Below are positions 23,741 to 32,189 of a DNA stretch of 64,000 nt, one piece after another; the stretch's first letter is position 1, and every line of letters starts with the position of its first letter. Origin of the DNA: Myxococcota bacterium (lineage in GTDB: Bacteria; Myxococcota_A; Polyangia; Polyangiales; Sandaracinaceae); the NCBI GenBank assembly GCA_036149055.1, contig JAYZQJ010000033.1, positions 120,794-184,793 of the forward strand. The letters run 5' to 3'. The notes under the pieces were generated by a model. The model saw nothing but the letters and a program-made list of their open reading frames with translations. It had not been told where the DNA came from and did not search any database. The position numbers and the translations under genes were made by a program.

Positions 23741-24604
23741 ATGTTCTCTCGACTGCCCTCCCTCACGGCCCTAAGGACCTTCGAGGCCGCCGCGCGCCAC
23801 CGCTCCTTCAAGTCCGCGGCCCAGGAGCTGTCCGTGACGGCGCCGGCCGTCTCCCGTCAGGTGAGAGCGCTGGAGGAGCACTTCGGCGTCGCCCTCTTCG
23901 AGCGCGAGCCACGCGGGGTCGCGCTCACCCGGTCCGGCCGCGAGCTGTTCGAGGCGGCCCACGAGGCGCTCGCGACCCTCCTCGACGCCGCCGAGGCGCT
24001 GGACGCCTACGCCCGGGTCCTCACCGTGAGCGTCACGCCGGCCTTCGGCGCCCTGTGGCTCGCGCCGCGGCTGGTGAGCTTTCGCGAGGCTCACTCGGAC
24101 ATCGAGGTCGACGTCCACGCGACGACGCGCCCCGTCGGCCTCGCCCGCGAGGGTCGGATCGATCTCGCGGTCCGGTATGGCGCGCGCTCGGGGGACCCGG
24201 CGCTGCTGACCGAGCAGATCGGGGTGTACGGGACGCCCGAGGTCGTCGAGCGCGCCGCGGCGGGCGCCGAGGTGCCGCGTCTGGAGGCGCGCTTCCGGGA
24301 GGCGACGCCAGAGACGCCGAGCTGGGACGCGTGGCTCGACCTCGCGGGTCTCCGAGGGACGGGGCCGCTCGTCTCGTTCGCGGACGAGCACCACGTCGTG
24401 CAGGCGGCGCTGGCCGCGCGCGGACTCGCGCTCGTCAGCGAGGTCCTGGTGGGCGACGCGGTCGCGCGGGGGTGGCTCGTCTCCTTTCACCCCGATGTCC
24501 GCCTCGAGGGCGGCGCCTATCGCCTCGCCTTGCCGGACGAGCGCTCTCCCAAGGTCGAGGTCTTCGCGCGGTGGATCGCAGCGGAGGTCGAGCGCGCTCG
24601 ATGA
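23741..24604 (+). CDS. LysR-family regulator (GcvA-like), divergent from azoR
   Basis: LPSLTALRTFEAAARHRSF...AVSRQVRALEE HTH; WLAPRL, DLAVRYG. Confidence 0.92.
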   Translation: MFSRLPSLTALRTFEAAARHRSFKSAAQELSVTAPAVSRQVRALEEHFGVALFEREPRGVALTRSGRELFEAAHEALATLLDAAEALDAYARVLTVSVTPAFGALWLAPRLVSFREAHSDIEVDVHATTRPVGLAREGRIDLAVRYGARSGDPALLTEQIGVYGTPEVVERAAAGAEVPRLEARFREATPETPSWDAWLDLAGLRGTGPLVSFADEHHVVQAALAARGLALVSEVLVGDAVARGWLVSFHPDVRLEGGAYRLALPDERSPKVEVFARWIAAEVERAR

Positions 24605-25548
24605 CTCGCGACCACCGCGCGGGCGACGTCGGCGATGCGCGCCTCGCGGTCGGCGGGCGCGGCGGTCGTGCCGGCGATGAAGACGGCCACCGCCCAGCGC
24701 TGACCGTCGGGCGCGCGGATCACGCCGACGTCGTTCGTGCCGAGGCCGACGCCGCGGAGATCGGGGCCGGTGCCGGTCTTGTGCGCGACCGACCAGCCCT
24801 CGGGCAGGCCGCCCCGGAGGCGCGCGGCCCCCGTCTCGGTCTCGGTCAGGTGCCGAATGAGACGCTCGGTCGACGCGGGGTCGAGCAGCTCGCCGCGGGC
24901 CAGGCGCGCGAGCCCGCGGGCGGCGCCGAGCGCGGTGGCGCCGTTCGGATCGCGCGCGAGGGCGGCGCGCAGGTGAGCGCGCGCCTCCGCCTCCCCCATC
25001 GAATCGGTCTCGCCGCGGAGACGGTCGGCCATCGCGTGCAGCCCCTCCTCGCCGGTCGTGATCCGCACCCCCTCGATGCCCCGCCGACGCAGCGCCGCCT
25101 CGACCGCGTCGGTGCCTCCGAGCGCGCGGAGGATGGCGTCGGCGGAGGGGTTGTCGCTCACGAGCAGGATCCAGCCTACGAGCTCGGCGAGGGTGAACGC
25201 CCTCCCCTCGCCCACCTCGTCGGCGATCGGCTGGTACGGGAAGGTCAGCTGCTCCGGCTCGATCCGGACCTCGGTGTCCCACGAGACCTCGCCTCGCTCC
25301 ACCGCGTCGGCCACCGCGACCGCGAGCCAGAGCTTGAAGGTGCTCTGCTGCGGCATCGGCGTCTCCCCGTTCACGTGGACCTCGGCGCCGGTGGCGAGAT
25401 CCACGATCGCGATGGCGACCTCCCCGTCGATCGAGGCGGCGACCCGGGCGAGCTCGGCGCGGAGCTCCGGACGGGCGGCGCTCGGACGGGCGGCGCCCGC
25501 GCAGCCGACGAACGCGCAGGCCACGATGGAGGCGGTGAGGGTTCGCAT
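24517..25548 (-). CDS. bla: Class A serine beta-lactamase (subclass A2-like), probable lipoprotein
   Basis: PQQSTFK (SxxK), SDN, EEGLH (E166-x3-H170-like), HKTGT, NDVGVI; N-terminal FVGC lipobox. Confidence 0.88.
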   Translation of the reverse strand: MRTLTASIVACAFVGCAGAARPSAARPELRAELARVAASIDGEVAIAIVDLATGAEVHVNGETPMPQQSTFKLWLAVAVADAVERGEVSWDTEVRIEPEQLTFPYQPIADEVGEGRAFTLAELVGWILLVSDNPSADAILRALGGTDAVEAALRRRGIEGVRITTGEEGLHAMADRLRGETDSMGEAEARAHLRAALARDPNGATALGAARGLARLARGELLDPASTERLIRHLTETETGAARLRGGLPEGWSVAHKTGTGPDLRGVGLGTNDVGVIRAPDGQRWAVAVFIAGTTAAPADREARIADVARAVVASHRARSTSAAIHRAKTSTLGERSSGKARR

Positions 25549-25591
25549 GGGCGTTCGGACGTCGGAGTGGGCGAATCGCATTCCCGGCAAC

Positions 25592-26842
25592 TCACCCACG
25601 ACGCCGCAGAGGGTGCTCGGTCACCTCCGGGTGCACACCCGCGACGTCGTGGGTCCGCGCCCAGCGTCCGTAGACGCGCGCACCCGGGAGCGCGGAGAGC
25701 CCATGCACGAGCACGCTCGCCCCCGCCGCGCAGAACGCGACGCGCTCGAGGAGCTGCGCGTGCGGCACGGTCGAGTCGGCGATGACGATCAGCCCGAAGA
25801 GCACGGTGGCCAGCCCGCGCGGCCCGAACCAGCCCAAGAAGACCACCGTGGGGGCGCGGGCGCCGCTCCCGAGCAAGGAGAGCGCGACCGGGAGCATCCG
25901 GACCACGGTCAGCGCGAGCGCCACGACGATCCAAACCCGCAGGTCCGCCTCGCGAACGGCCGGCCAGAGCAGGCTCGAGCCGAACATGAGGAAGACGAGC
26001 ACCATCATCAGCTCCCCCTCGGCCTCCAGGAAGGTGTGCACGTGGTGGATGCGCGCTCGGGCCACCGCGCCGATGCTGGCGCCCGCGACGAACGCGGCGA
26101 TGAAGCCGTTGCCTCCGATCGCCTCCGCCAGGGCCCAGGCGGTGAGGGCGAGGGAGAGGCCGGCGACCCGCTCCATGCTCGGCGACACCGTCCCGGCGGC
26201 GTGGGCGCGGGTGAGCAGGCGTCCACCGAGCCACCCGGTCGCCACGCCGACGAGCGGACCCAGCCCGAGTTGCGCGAGCACGAACGTGAGCCAGGCGTCT
26301 GCGCCACGCTCGTCCGCCCCCGCAAGCCCGGCGAAGATCGCGACCGCGGGCAGCGCGATTCCATCGTTCAGCCCGCTCTCGACGTTGAGCGTCTGACGGA
26401 TCCGTTGCGGCACGCGCGGGCTCGCGAGCACGGCCTGGCCCAGCGCGGCGTCGGTGGGGGCGAGGAGCGCGCCGAGAGTCGCCGCCTCGAGCCAGCCCAG
26501 CTCGGGGAGCAGCAGCTTCGCGGCGCCCGCCCCGAGCCCCACCCCCAGCGGCATCGCCACCGCCAGCAAGCGCACCGGCAGGCCCGCCTCCGCCCGAAGC
26601 GCGCCGAGATCGATGCGGGACGCGTCGGCGAAGAGAACGAGGGCGAGGGTGAGCTCGGCGAGGAGGCGCACCGGCTCGTGACTCGCGTCGAGGGTGAGAA
26701 CGCCCAGGCTCTGCGGCCCCAGGACGAGGCCGGCGGCGACGAACACCATCGGACCCGTGACCCAGAAGCGGTCGAGGCGACGGGAGACGAGCGCGTAGAG
26801 TGCGACGGTGGTAGCCACCACCAGGGTGGTCTCGGCGAGCAC
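25592..26842 (-). CDS. Cation:proton antiporter (CPA1/NhaP-like)
   Basis: Multi-TM; LAPTDAAL, ESGLNDG, GWFGPRGLA. Confidence 0.9.
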   Translation of the reverse strand: MLAETTLVVATTVALYALVSRRLDRFWVTGPMVFVAAGLVLGPQSLGVLTLDASHEPVRLLAELTLALVLFADASRIDLGALRAEAGLPVRLLAVAMPLGVGLGAGAAKLLLPELGWLEAATLGALLAPTDAALGQAVLASPRVPQRIRQTLNVESGLNDGIALPAVAIFAGLAGADERGADAWLTFVLAQLGLGPLVGVATGWLGGRLLTRAHAAGTVSPSMERVAGLSLALTAWALAEAIGGNGFIAAFVAGASIGAVARARIHHVHTFLEAEGELMMVLVFLMFGSSLLWPAVREADLRVWIVVALALTVVRMLPVALSLLGSGARAPTVVFLGWFGPRGLATVLFGLIVIADSTVPHAQLLERVAFCAAGASVLVHGLSALPGARVYGRWARTHDVAGVHPEVTEHPLRRRG

Positions 26843-26881
26843 GACCCGTCAGCTAGCCACGACGACCGTCGACGCGAACCG

Positions 26882-27256
26882 ATGCTCGGCCGATATCAGA
26901 TGAAGCGAGGCGTCCCTCGCGCGGCGCTCCCGAAGGGAGAGCGGCAGGACGCGCGCAAGCACACCCGGCACGTGCTGCGCCCCGGCGCGGAGGAGGTGGC
27001 GGCGTACCTCTCCGGACGGATCGACTGGGACGCGTTCGCGGACGCCTACCGCGCGCAGATCGCGGAGCGGTTCGAGACCGAGCGAGATCGGTTCGACGCG
27101 CTCGCGGCCCGGGCCCGCGAGGCCGACGTCTGGCTCGGCTGCTCGTGCCCCACCCAGCAGAACCCCGACGTGCGCCGCTGCCACACCTGGCTCGCCCTCG
27201 AGGAGATGGCGCGACGCTACCCCGACCTCGAGATCCGGTTCCCCGACGCGCCCTGA
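26882..27256 (+). CDS. DUF488/YeaO-like small protein
   Basis: LRP...W..F..AY....L..L....VWLGCSC...RCH pattern. Start trimmed to ATG 26882. Confidence 0.65.
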   Translation: MLGRYQMKRGVPRAALPKGERQDARKHTRHVLRPGAEEVAAYLSGRIDWDAFADAYRAQIAERFETERDRFDALAARAREADVWLGCSCPTQQNPDVRRCHTWLALEEMARRYPDLEIRFPDAP

Positions 27257-27279
27257 CGAGCGATGGGAGGATGGCGGCG

Positions 27280-29235
27280 ATGAGGAGGAGCCTGGCGCTC
27301 GCGTGGGTCGTCGCCCTGTCGAGCTGCGCCGCGCTGACCGCCGAGGCGCAGACCGTGCACGTGATCGGCCCCGGGCGGGAGGGCGAGGTCGTCGGGCTCT
27401 TCGCTCCCCACGCGCTCGGCGACGAGGTGCGGGACGGCTATCGGCTTCGCGGGGTGGCGATCGACCGCGGCGTCGTGCGCGCGACCCTCGGCCGAGGCGA
27501 GCGCACGGCGACCGTCGAGCTGCACCACCCCGAAGCCGCGCCGGACGACGCGCCGCGCTCGGCCAGCTTCGCCTTCGTGGTGGAGGCCCCCGAAGAGGCT
27601 CGAGCTGCCGCCCGAGCGCTGGTCGACGCGGTGCGCGCCAACGACGACGGCTCGTTCTGGCGAGACGTGGGGACCACGGCGGAGGCGAGGTCGTTCTTCA
27701 CCTGGGGGACGCCGACCTGGGTCAGCTTCGTCGACGGGCTCGGATTGCTCGCGCTGGTGCTCGGGCTCGGCCTGCTGCTCTCGGCGCGGCTCCTCGCCGA
27801 CGCGCCGCGCTGGATGATCGGCGCGCTGGCGCTGGTCGTCGCCGCCGGGCTCGGTCTCCGGCTCGCCTACGCGCCGGAGACCTTCCTGGGCGCCTGGCCG
27901 TGGACGCGGACCTACCCCCACACCCTCGAGGTGGCGCGGGGCGGGTGGCTCGCGGCGCTCTCCGGCGGGACCTGGTTCGAGACCGACGTGACGGCGTGGA
28001 CGAACCTCGCCTACGCCGCGGCGACCCCGCTGATCCTGTTCGCGCACGCGACCTATCTGCTCCGCGATCCCCGCGCCGGCCTCGCCGCCGCGGCGGCGCT
28101 CGCGCTCACCCCGCAACACATCCGCTACTCGCGGTGCGAGGACGGCTTCGTCGCGTCGCTCGCCCTGACCTCGCTCGCCTTCGCCATATTGCACGCTTTC
28201 TTGCGGGATCGATCCCGCCTCGTGCGCGTGCTCTCGCTGCTCGCGCTCCCCGTCGTCCTCTACCCGGGCTACCTGCTGCGGCCCCTCAACCTCGCCTTCG
28301 CCCTCGTCTACGCCGGCGCGCTGCTGGGCCTGCACGGCGACGAAGCGACGGGCAGGCGCCGCGCCGTCGGCCTCGCGGTGGCGCTCGGGGTCGCGGCCGC
28401 GGCCGCGGCCGTCTTCCTCGAGCAGAGCGGCGCCCGCGCCTCGACGCTCGTCGGCCCCGAGGTCCTCCTCCGAGCCGCCGAGGTGCTCGCGCGCCCCTCG
28501 CTGCTCGTGCTCAGTGATCCCACCCGCACGCCGCCCGCGCTGATCCTCGCGGCGATCGTCGGCGGCGCCCTGGCGTGGCGCGCGGGCGAGCGTCGGCTGG
28601 TCGCCTTCCTCGTGCTCTGGCTGCTGCTCTTCGTCGTCCTCCACGCGGTCGTCGTCCAGGAGACCATGCAGCCCCGCTACCACCTGCACCTGCTGGTGCC
28701 ATTCCTCTTGCTCGGCGCGCTGGCGGTGCGGCACGCCGCCTGGGACGACCGACGGGTCCGGTGGGGCGCGGCCGGCCTCGCCGCCTCGATGGCGCTGGCC
28801 CCGTGGATCCACCGCGGGTTCATCGAGGACGTCGACTACGCCGAGCAGCACGAGCACGCCTTCGTGCGCGCCGCCCGCGATCGGGTGCCGGAGGGCTGCA
28901 CGGTGCTCGAGGTGGTCGACGACGACCCCGACGCCGAGGTCGTCTCCTCCCGCTTCGCGCGGATCGGCGCCTACGCCGCGCCCCGCCCCCGGAGGCGCTT
29001 CGAGGTCGTCCCCCTGACCGCGTCGAGCGCGCCGCCCTCGAACGACGCGAGCTGCGTCTACCTCTACGAAGGCCTCGCCTGCGCCACCGCCGCCGACATG
29101 CACGCGTGCGGCGCCCTCCGAGATCGCCTCGGCGCGGTGATCGAGCACGAGCGCCGCGGCCCCGCCCGCCTCTACGACGAAGCCAACGGCCCCCTGCGCG
29201 CCCCCGTCGTCTTCCGCCTCTCGCGCGTCCGCTGA
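27280..29235 (+). CDS. Polytopic membrane protein, GT-C/ArnT-PMT-like glycosyltransferase
   Basis: Signal peptide, N-terminal soluble domain, about 11 hydrophobic helices, HIRYSRCE, LRP and QPRYH loops, Cys-containing C-terminal domain. Confidence 0.6.
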   Translation: MRRSLALAWVVALSSCAALTAEAQTVHVIGPGREGEVVGLFAPHALGDEVRDGYRLRGVAIDRGVVRATLGRGERTATVELHHPEAAPDDAPRSASFAFVVEAPEEARAAARALVDAVRANDDGSFWRDVGTTAEARSFFTWGTPTWVSFVDGLGLLALVLGLGLLLSARLLADAPRWMIGALALVVAAGLGLRLAYAPETFLGAWPWTRTYPHTLEVARGGWLAALSGGTWFETDVTAWTNLAYAAATPLILFAHATYLLRDPRAGLAAAAALALTPQHIRYSRCEDGFVASLALTSLAFAILHAFLRDRSRLVRVLSLLALPVVLYPGYLLRPLNLAFALVYAGALLGLHGDEATGRRRAVGLAVALGVAAAAAAVFLEQSGARASTLVGPEVLLRAAEVLARPSLLVLSDPTRTPPALILAAIVGGALAWRAGERRLVAFLVLWLLLFVVLHAVVVQETMQPRYHLHLLVPFLLLGALAVRHAAWDDRRVRWGAAGLAASMALAPWIHRGFIEDVDYAEQHEHAFVRAARDRVPEGCTVLEVVDDDPDAEVVSSRFARIGAYAAPRPRRRFEVVPLTASSAPPSNDASCVYLYEGLACATAADMHACGALRDRLGAVIEHERRGPARLYDEANGPLRAPVVFRLSRVR

Positions 29236-29367
29236 CGCATCCTCTCGGTGCCCCCTCGGCGCCGGCGGCCGCCACCCCTCCGCCCGCCACCTCCGCCGAT
29301 ACGCCGCCGCAACCCCGCGAGATCACATGAGCGCCGTATCGGATCGAGGCTTGCAGTCTGCCGGGAC

Positions 29368-30348
29368 ATGTCCGGAGACCCACTCCACCCATCGCCGCAC
29401 GACGCGCTCTTCAAGCGGGTGTTCGGTGAGCTCGAGCGCGGCGGCGCGATGCTGCGGGCCGCCCTGCCAGCCGAGCTCGCGCGCTCCATCCGCTGGGAGA
29501 GTCTCCGGCTCCTGCCCGGCGAGACCGTCGGCGCCGAGCTCAGAGGGCTCGCGAGCGATCTCGTCTTCGCGGCGAAGCTCGGCGACCGCGAGGCGCTGGT
29601 CTACGTGCTGATCGAGCACCAGAGCACGCCGGATCCGCGCATGCCGTTCCGGATCCTCGAGTACGTGACGCGGCTCTGGGAGCGACACAGTCAGCCGGTC
29701 GAGGGGCGCCTGGCGCTGCCGCTGGTCGTGCCCCTCGTCGTCTACCACGGCCCGCGACCGTGGCGGGTTCCGCTCGAGCTGGGCGAGACCGTCGCGCTGG
29801 ACGACACGCTCGAGCTCGGCGAGCTCGTCCCGCGATTACGCTACCTGCTCGACGATCTCTCACGTCTCGACGCCGCGGCGCTTCGCGCCCGGGGCTTGCC
29901 CGCGTTCGGCACGCTCGCCCTCTGGGCGCTCAGGAGCGCGTTCGATCGCGGCTTCATGGACACCGCGTCGGAGCTGGCCGGGCTGGTGGACGAGCTCCTC
30001 GACGCGGACACCGGCCACGAGGCGATGGCGAGCGTGCTGAGCTATCTTTCCTACATCAGCCGCTCCGGAGAGGACCTGGTGGCACGGTTCAGGAGTCACC
30101 TGAGCGCGCGAGCGCAGGAGGAAGTCATGGAGCTCGAGGAGATGCTGGCCATCAAGAAGCGAGAGGAAGGACGCGCGGAAGGACGCGCGGAAGGGCGCGC
30201 GGAGATCCTCGTGAAGCAGCTCCGCCTGAAGTTCGGCGAGCCCAGCTCCGCGACCGTGCAACGCGTCCGCGACGGGTCCGAGGCGGACCTGGACCGCTGG
30301 GCCGAGCGGGTGCTCACCGCGACTCGGCTCGCGGAAGTCTTCGACTGA
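29368..30348 (+). CDS. Rpn/YhgA-family (recombination-promoting nuclease / putative transposase) PD-(D/E)xK protein with DUF4351-like C-terminus
   Basis: PHDALFK, SDLVF, YVLIEHQS, MPFRILEY, PLVVYHG, EGRAEGRAEG, LRLKFG...LDRWAERVL. Confidence 0.9.
   Translation: MSGDPLHPSPHDALFKRVFGELERGGAMLRAALPAELARSIRWESLRLLPGETVGAELRGLASDLVFAAKLGDREALVYVLIEHQSTPDPRMPFRILEYVTRLWERHSQPVEGRLALPLVVPLVVYHGPRPWRVPLELGETVALDDTLELGELVPRLRYLLDDLSRLDAAALRARGLPAFGTLALWALRSAFDRGFMDTASELAGLVDELLDADTGHEAMASVLSYLSYISRSGEDLVARFRSHLSARAQEEVMELEEMLAIKKREEGRAEGRAEGRAEILVKQLRLKFGEPSSATVQRVRDGSEADLDRWAERVLTATRLAEVFD
30127..30348 (+). CDS. Predicted intragenic small protein (RpnS-like, 73 aa), in frame within the Rpn gene
   Basis: AGGAGG at 30116-30121, 5 nt before an in-frame ATG at 30127. 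Confidence 0.6.
   Translation: MELEEMLAIKKREEGRAEGRAEGRAEILVKQLRLKFGEPSSATVQRVRDGSEADLDRWAERVLTATRLAEVFD
30166..30201 (+). repeat. 12-bp tandem repeat x3 (GAAGGACGCGCG) encoding (EGRA)3
   Basis: Read directly from the sequence; the third copy has one mismatch. Confidence 0.9.
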
Positions 30349-30363
30349 CGAGCCCCTCGTGAC

Positions 30364-30401
30364 GGAAAGCGAAAGCCCCCGGAACCTGAGGCTCCGGGGG
30401 C
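30364..30401 (-). terminator. Intrinsic terminator between the convergent rpn gene and tRNA cluster
   Basis: Stem GCCCCCGGA (30375-30383) / TCCGGGGGC (30393-30401); followed by TTTCGCTTTCC on the minus strand. Confidence 0.75.
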
Positions 30402-30410
30402 GTTCGTTCG

Positions 30411-30483
30411 TGGGTCATGAAGGACTCGAACCTTCAGCCAATGGATTAAGAGTCCACTGCTCTACCAATTGAGCTAATGACCC
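30411..30483 (-). tRNA. tRNA-Lys (CTT)
   Basis: GGGTCATTAGCTCAATTGGTAGAGCAGTGGACTCTTAATCCATTGGCTGAAGGTTCGAGTCCTTCATGACCCA; cloverleaf, CCA not encoded. Confidence 0.97.
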
Positions 30484-30497
30484 GTCTCTTGTCAGAG

Positions 30498-30571
30498 CGC
30501 GCCCGGAGGGATTCGAACCCCCGACCTGCGGATTCGAAGTCCGACGCTCTATCCAGCTGAGCTACAGGCGC
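30498..30571 (-). tRNA. tRNA-Arg (TCG)
   Basis: GCGCCTGTAGCTCAGCTGGATAGAGCGTCGGACTTCGAATCCGCAGGTCGGGGGTTCGAATCCCTCCGGGCGCG; A20 Arg identity element, anticodon loop CT-TCG-AA. Confidence 0.95.
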
Positions 30572-30619
30572 TCGAGGAGAGCACCGCCGCCTTCGGGCTG
30601 TCGCCCTCGGGCGGCGGGC

Positions 30620-30647
30620 TTTCTACAGCATCTCGCTGAGCTGTCAA
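30620..30647 (-). promoter_or_regulatory. Putative sigma-70 promoter for tRNA-Arg/tRNA-Lys
   Basis: Minus strand TTGACA-N16-TAGAAA. Confidence 0.6.
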
Positions 30648-30674
30648 ATGCTTTCCTGAGAAAGCGTCCGGGAG

Positions 30675-30748
30675 GGTGACCGACGGGATTTGAACCCGCG
30701 ACGCCCGGAGCCACAATCCAGTGCTCTACCAACTGAGCTACGGCCACC
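30675..30748 (-). tRNA. tRNA-His (GTG)
   Basis: G-1 plus GTGGCCGTAGCTCAGTTGGTAGAGCACTGGATTGTGGCTCCGGGCGTCGCGGGTTCAAATCCCGTCGGTCACC; C73. Confidence 0.97.
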
Positions 30749-30759
30749 AGAGACGGCGG

Positions 30760-30787
30760 AGTGTAGCCAGAACGCGGGCCCTGGCAA
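30760..30787 (-). promoter_or_regulatory. Putative sigma-70 promoter for tRNA-His
   Basis: Minus strand TTGCCA-N16-TACACT, 11 nt before the tRNA. Confidence 0.6.
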
Positions 30788-30827
30788 GCACTCGATCACT
30801 TTCCTCGTCACGACGTACTCTCGGGCC

Positions 30828-31046
30828 ATGCGGAGCGGCCGGTGTCCCAAGTGCGAGGGTCAGAAGATCGCGACCACGAAGTACGCGCAGTACCTCGGCG
30901 CGGGCGTGTCCGGGCCGACGTTTCGGCTCTTCGCGTGCGCGGACTGCCGGTACACCGAGCAGTACCTCGAGGAGCCGGTCGAGCAGCGGGTGAAGGTCCT
31001 CGACTCGTGGCGCTGGCTCAAGGACGAGAAGGGTCCGTTCCGCTGA
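30828..31046 (+). CDS. Small zinc-ribbon protein (72 aa)
   Basis: CPKC...CADC; TACTCT 6 nt upstream of ATG. Confidence 0.7.
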   Translation: MRSGRCPKCEGQKIATTKYAQYLGAGVSGPTFRLFACADCRYTEQYLEEPVEQRVKVLDSWRWLKDEKGPFR

Positions 31047-31599
31047 CGCCGCCGTCGCGGCTCGGGGTGACGATGAGCCGCCCGTCGCCCGCGTAGCGCC
31101 GCCGCGCCCACTCGCAGAGGGCCATGCCCGCGGCCACCGTCATCGGGTAGCTGTGGTTGATGCCGAACATCGGGATCGCGACGACCTCGTCGGCGGCCGC
31201 GAGGATCTCCGGGCCGACGCCCTCCTCCTCGTTGCCGATCACGATCACGGTGTCCTCGGGCAAGCTCGAGTCCCAGAGACCCACGAGATCGTCGTGGTCC
31301 TTCTCGAGCGCGCTGAGGTGCCAGCCCTCGGCCTTCGCCCGGGCGACGAAGGCCGCCTCGCTCTCGATCTCGACGACGTTCTCGTAGCGCTGCATGCCCA
31401 TCGCGGCGCGGCGATACCAGTCGTCGTCGCCGATGAGCAGGATCTCCTTCACCAGGAAGGAGTGCGCGGTGCGGATGATCGCGCCGACGTTGAAGGGGTT
31501 CTTGCTGCGTCGGATCGCCACGCGCACCGGGTGGCGGATCCGCTCGAGCTCGGCCTTCACCTCGTCGAGCGGCATGCGGAGCGGCGGGACCTTGGCCAT
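31018..31599 (-). CDS. SpoU/TrmH-family RNA methyltransferase
   Basis: NPFNVGAIIRTA, VIGNEEEG, IPMFGINHSY. Confidence 0.9.
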   Translation of the reverse strand: MAKVPPLRMPLDEVKAELERIRHPVRVAIRRSKNPFNVGAIIRTAHSFLVKEILLIGDDDWYRRAAMGMQRYENVVEIESEAAFVARAKAEGWHLSALEKDHDDLVGLWDSSLPEDTVIVIGNEEEGVGPEILAAADEVVAIPMFGINHSYPMTVAAGMALCEWARRRYAGDGRLIVTPSRDGGVSGTDPSRP

Positions 31600-31612
31600 G
31601 ATCGCCGCGACT

Positions 31613-32167
31613 TCAGCGCTTCCACTTGATCGAGCAGCCCATCGACGGGACCACCTCGGCGAGGCCGTGCGGCTGCCCCTCGAGGGTGCGGTCGAGGACC
31701 TGCCGGAGATCCTGGCGCTGCACGGCCGAGGCGTCCTTCCAGCTGTCGTCGATGCGGCCGTTGTAGACGAGCCGTCGATCGGCGTCGAAGACGAAGACGT
31801 CCGGGGTGCAGGCGGCGTCGTAGGCGCGCGCGACCTCCTGGCTCTCGTCGCGGAGGTAGGGGAACGGGAAGCCCTTCGCCTCCGCCCGCTCGACCATCCT
31901 CTCGAAGGAGTCGCCGGGGTGGCTCGCGGCGTCGTTGGGGTTGATGGCGACCAGGCGCACGCCGCGGTCCGCGTAGTCGCGCTGGAGCGCGATCAGGCGG
32001 TCCTCCGAGGCGATCGCGTAGGGGCAGTGGTTGCAGGTGAAGACGACCACCAGGGCCTTGGCGTCGGCGAAGTCGGCGAGCGACCAGGTCTCGCCGTCGG
32101 TGCCGGGGAGCGAGAAGGCGGGGGCCGGGGTGCCGACCGCCATGCCGTTGGACTGTACGAGGGCCAT
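31613..32167 (-). CDS. Thioredoxin-family (AhpC/TSA-like) protein
   Basis: FTCNHCPY, AINPND, YDAACTPD, SMGCSIKW. Confidence 0.9.
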   Translation of the reverse strand: MALVQSNGMAVGTPAPAFSLPGTDGETWSLADFADAKALVVVFTCNHCPYAIASEDRLIALQRDYADRGVRLVAINPNDAASHPGDSFERMVERAEAKGFPFPYLRDESQEVARAYDAACTPDVFVFDADRRLVYNGRIDDSWKDASAVQRQDLRQVLDRTLEGQPHGLAEVVPSMGCSIKWKR

Positions 32168-32189
32168 GGCAGAACCCTGGCGCAGCGGA

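Noticed and set aside
23741..25548. AmpR-bla inducible resistance module
   Set aside because: The LysR is convergent with bla and divergent from azoR, so the geometry favours azoR regulation.
29236..30483. IS element or integrative island at tRNA-Lys
   Set aside because: No terminal inverted repeats, integrase or duplicated tRNA 3' end seen; Rpn proteins are not demonstrated transposases.
30562..30850. Short ORFs 30562-30747, 30644-30850 and the N-terminal part of 30690-31046
   Set aside because: They overlap tRNA-His and its promoter; only 30828-31046 looks coding.
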